DNA from: Mobula hypostoma
Taxonomy: Eukaryota
Assembly: GCF_963921235.1 (NCBI RefSeq)
Contig: NC_086097.1
Span: forward strand, 162,256,001 to 162,320,000
Length of the DNA: 64,000 bases
Reading direction: 5' to 3'
Made by a program: the position numbers and the translations under genes. Shown here one piece after another: positions 62,601 through 64,000 of the stretch; within the stretch, counting starts at the first letter, position 1; each line of letters opens with the position of its first letter. The notes beneath the pieces were generated by a model. It was not told where the DNA came from. It saw nothing but the letters and a program-made list of their open reading frames with translations, and did not search any database.

Positions 62601-64000
62601 TTCTAATGAAATGTGATATTGTAGGTTCGGTGTTTTTTGCATCCAACAGATAAAGAGTACTCATTTTTTTCTTATGTTCATCATACGTATTCCAGGATTG
62701 ATTATTTTTTTGTTGATAGCCAATTGATTCCATTAGTTCCATCCTGTGAATATAAAGAAATTGCTGTTTCAGATCATGCTCCTGTGTTTTTATCTTTAAA
62801 TCTTCCGGGTATCTCCCAAACAAACAGATTCTGGCATTTTAATCCAAATTTGTTATCAGATAAGGATTTTTAAAAATTTTTGGAGAGACAAATTATTCTT
62901 TTTTTTGAAGAGAATACGCTAGAAAAGACTTCTAGTCTTATTTTATGGGATGCTTTTAAGGCTTATATTAGAGGTCAAATTATTTCTTTTACCGCAAGTG
63001 TTAAGAAAAAAGCGAATAAGGAGAGAATTGAATTAGCCAATCAGTTGAAACAATTAGACCAAAAATATGCTTTGGCTCCAGATCCTGTTTTATATAAAAG
63101 ACGTGTTGAAATTAAAACTAAATACGATCAGCTCTTAACTTATCCAATTGAAATGCAACTTTTAAAAGATAAAAGTGAGTTTTATGTTCATGGAGATAAA
63201 ACGGGTAAACTATTAGCTAACCAGTAAAAGACCTTTATTGTTAAATGTAAAATTAAAGAAATTTGTAAAGCTAATGGTGATAAAACATCTGATTATTTAG
63301 AAATAAACAACACTTTTAGAGAATTCTACTCTAAACTTTATAGTTCTGATCCTCCTAAAGATAATACTCTAATGAATAATTTTTTAGATCGATTAAACAT
63401 TCCTACACTTTCTGATGATATTTGGAAATTGTTGGATCAATCTATTTCCTATGAGGAAATTGCCAAGGTTGTTCATGCTTTGCACTCCGGGAAGGCTCCG
63501 GTCTTGATGGATTTCTGGAGAGTTTTATAAGGCTTTTCCCTCTTTGCTTATACCTTGTTTATATTCAGTCCTTTCCAACTCTTTTAAATAAGGTAAGTTG
63601 CCACAATCTTTTTATGAAGCCTCTATTTCACTTATTCTTAAAAAGAATAAGGACCCAATTGAATGCTCTTCTTATAGACCTATTGCCTTACTAAACATTG
63701 ATACTAAAATTTTATCTAAACTTTTGGCTCACAGGATTGAAAATATTTTGCCATCTATTATCTCTGATGATCAGACTGGATTTATCAAAAATTGATACTC
63801 CCACTTTAATATTCGTCGTTTATTGAATGTCTCCTTTTAAAGAGATTTCGGAATGTGTGATATCCTTAGATGACGAGAAAGCCTTTGATCGGGTTGAATG
63901 GAATTATTTATTTAAAACTTTAGAAAAATTTAACTTTGTGCCCGATTTTATTCAATGGATTAACTTACTTTACTTATCTCCCTCCGCTCAGGTTCTTACT
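59690..64000 (+). mobile_element. L1-clade LINE, degenerate, running off the window
   Basis: ORF1 remnant LENRNRRNNL.ILG..IDRAHR..RPRLVI (59920-60435). ORF2 from about 62097: SFNVKGLN, GDFN, SRIDYF, SDHAPV (APE), then YRPIALLNIDTKILSK..DQTGFI (RT). Multiple frameshifts. Confidence 0.93.
60882..61935. mobile_element. GC-rich, internally repetitive LTR-like insertion in the L1 inter-ORF spacer
   Basis: Abrupt compositional switch starting at TGT. Arrays of GGACT(A/T), GGAAC and CACAGA units. The right boundary and TSD are unclear. Confidence 0.5.

Overview
This is repeat-dense vertebrate genomic DNA. The CR1, Penelope, Rex and V-SINE repertoire points to a cartilaginous fish, probably a ray (inference). 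Two intact spliced genes can be built on the minus strand. One is RPLP1 (4 exons, 111 aa, with a TATA box and TCT/5'TOP initiator in a CpG island). The other is a 3-exon Ly6/uPAR three-finger gene resembling PSCA (128 aa, 10 Cys, signal peptide, GPI-type tail). The rest is mostly decayed mobile DNA: many CR1 LINEs, Rex/Babar-like LINEs, Penelope-like elements with minimal hammerhead ribozyme motifs, two solo LTRs of one family, Gypsy remnants, a TA-flanked MITE, a near-full-length Hero-like (R2-group, RLE) retrotransposon plus a second divergent 3' fragment, and an L1 running off the right end. The most notable observations are: (1) a covarying pseudoknot conserved in the 3' UTRs of the two divergent Hero-like copies; (2) three regularly spaced GAAAGA hairpins and a 29-bp terminal direct repeat in the long Hero-like copy; (3) a processed RBM25 fragment sitting where pol should be in a Gypsy remnant, itself interrupted in frame by a hammerhead-bearing mini-element. 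No prokaryotic features or CRISPR arrays were seen. All family assignments come from motif recognition, not database searches, and TE boundaries without a stated TSD are approximate.
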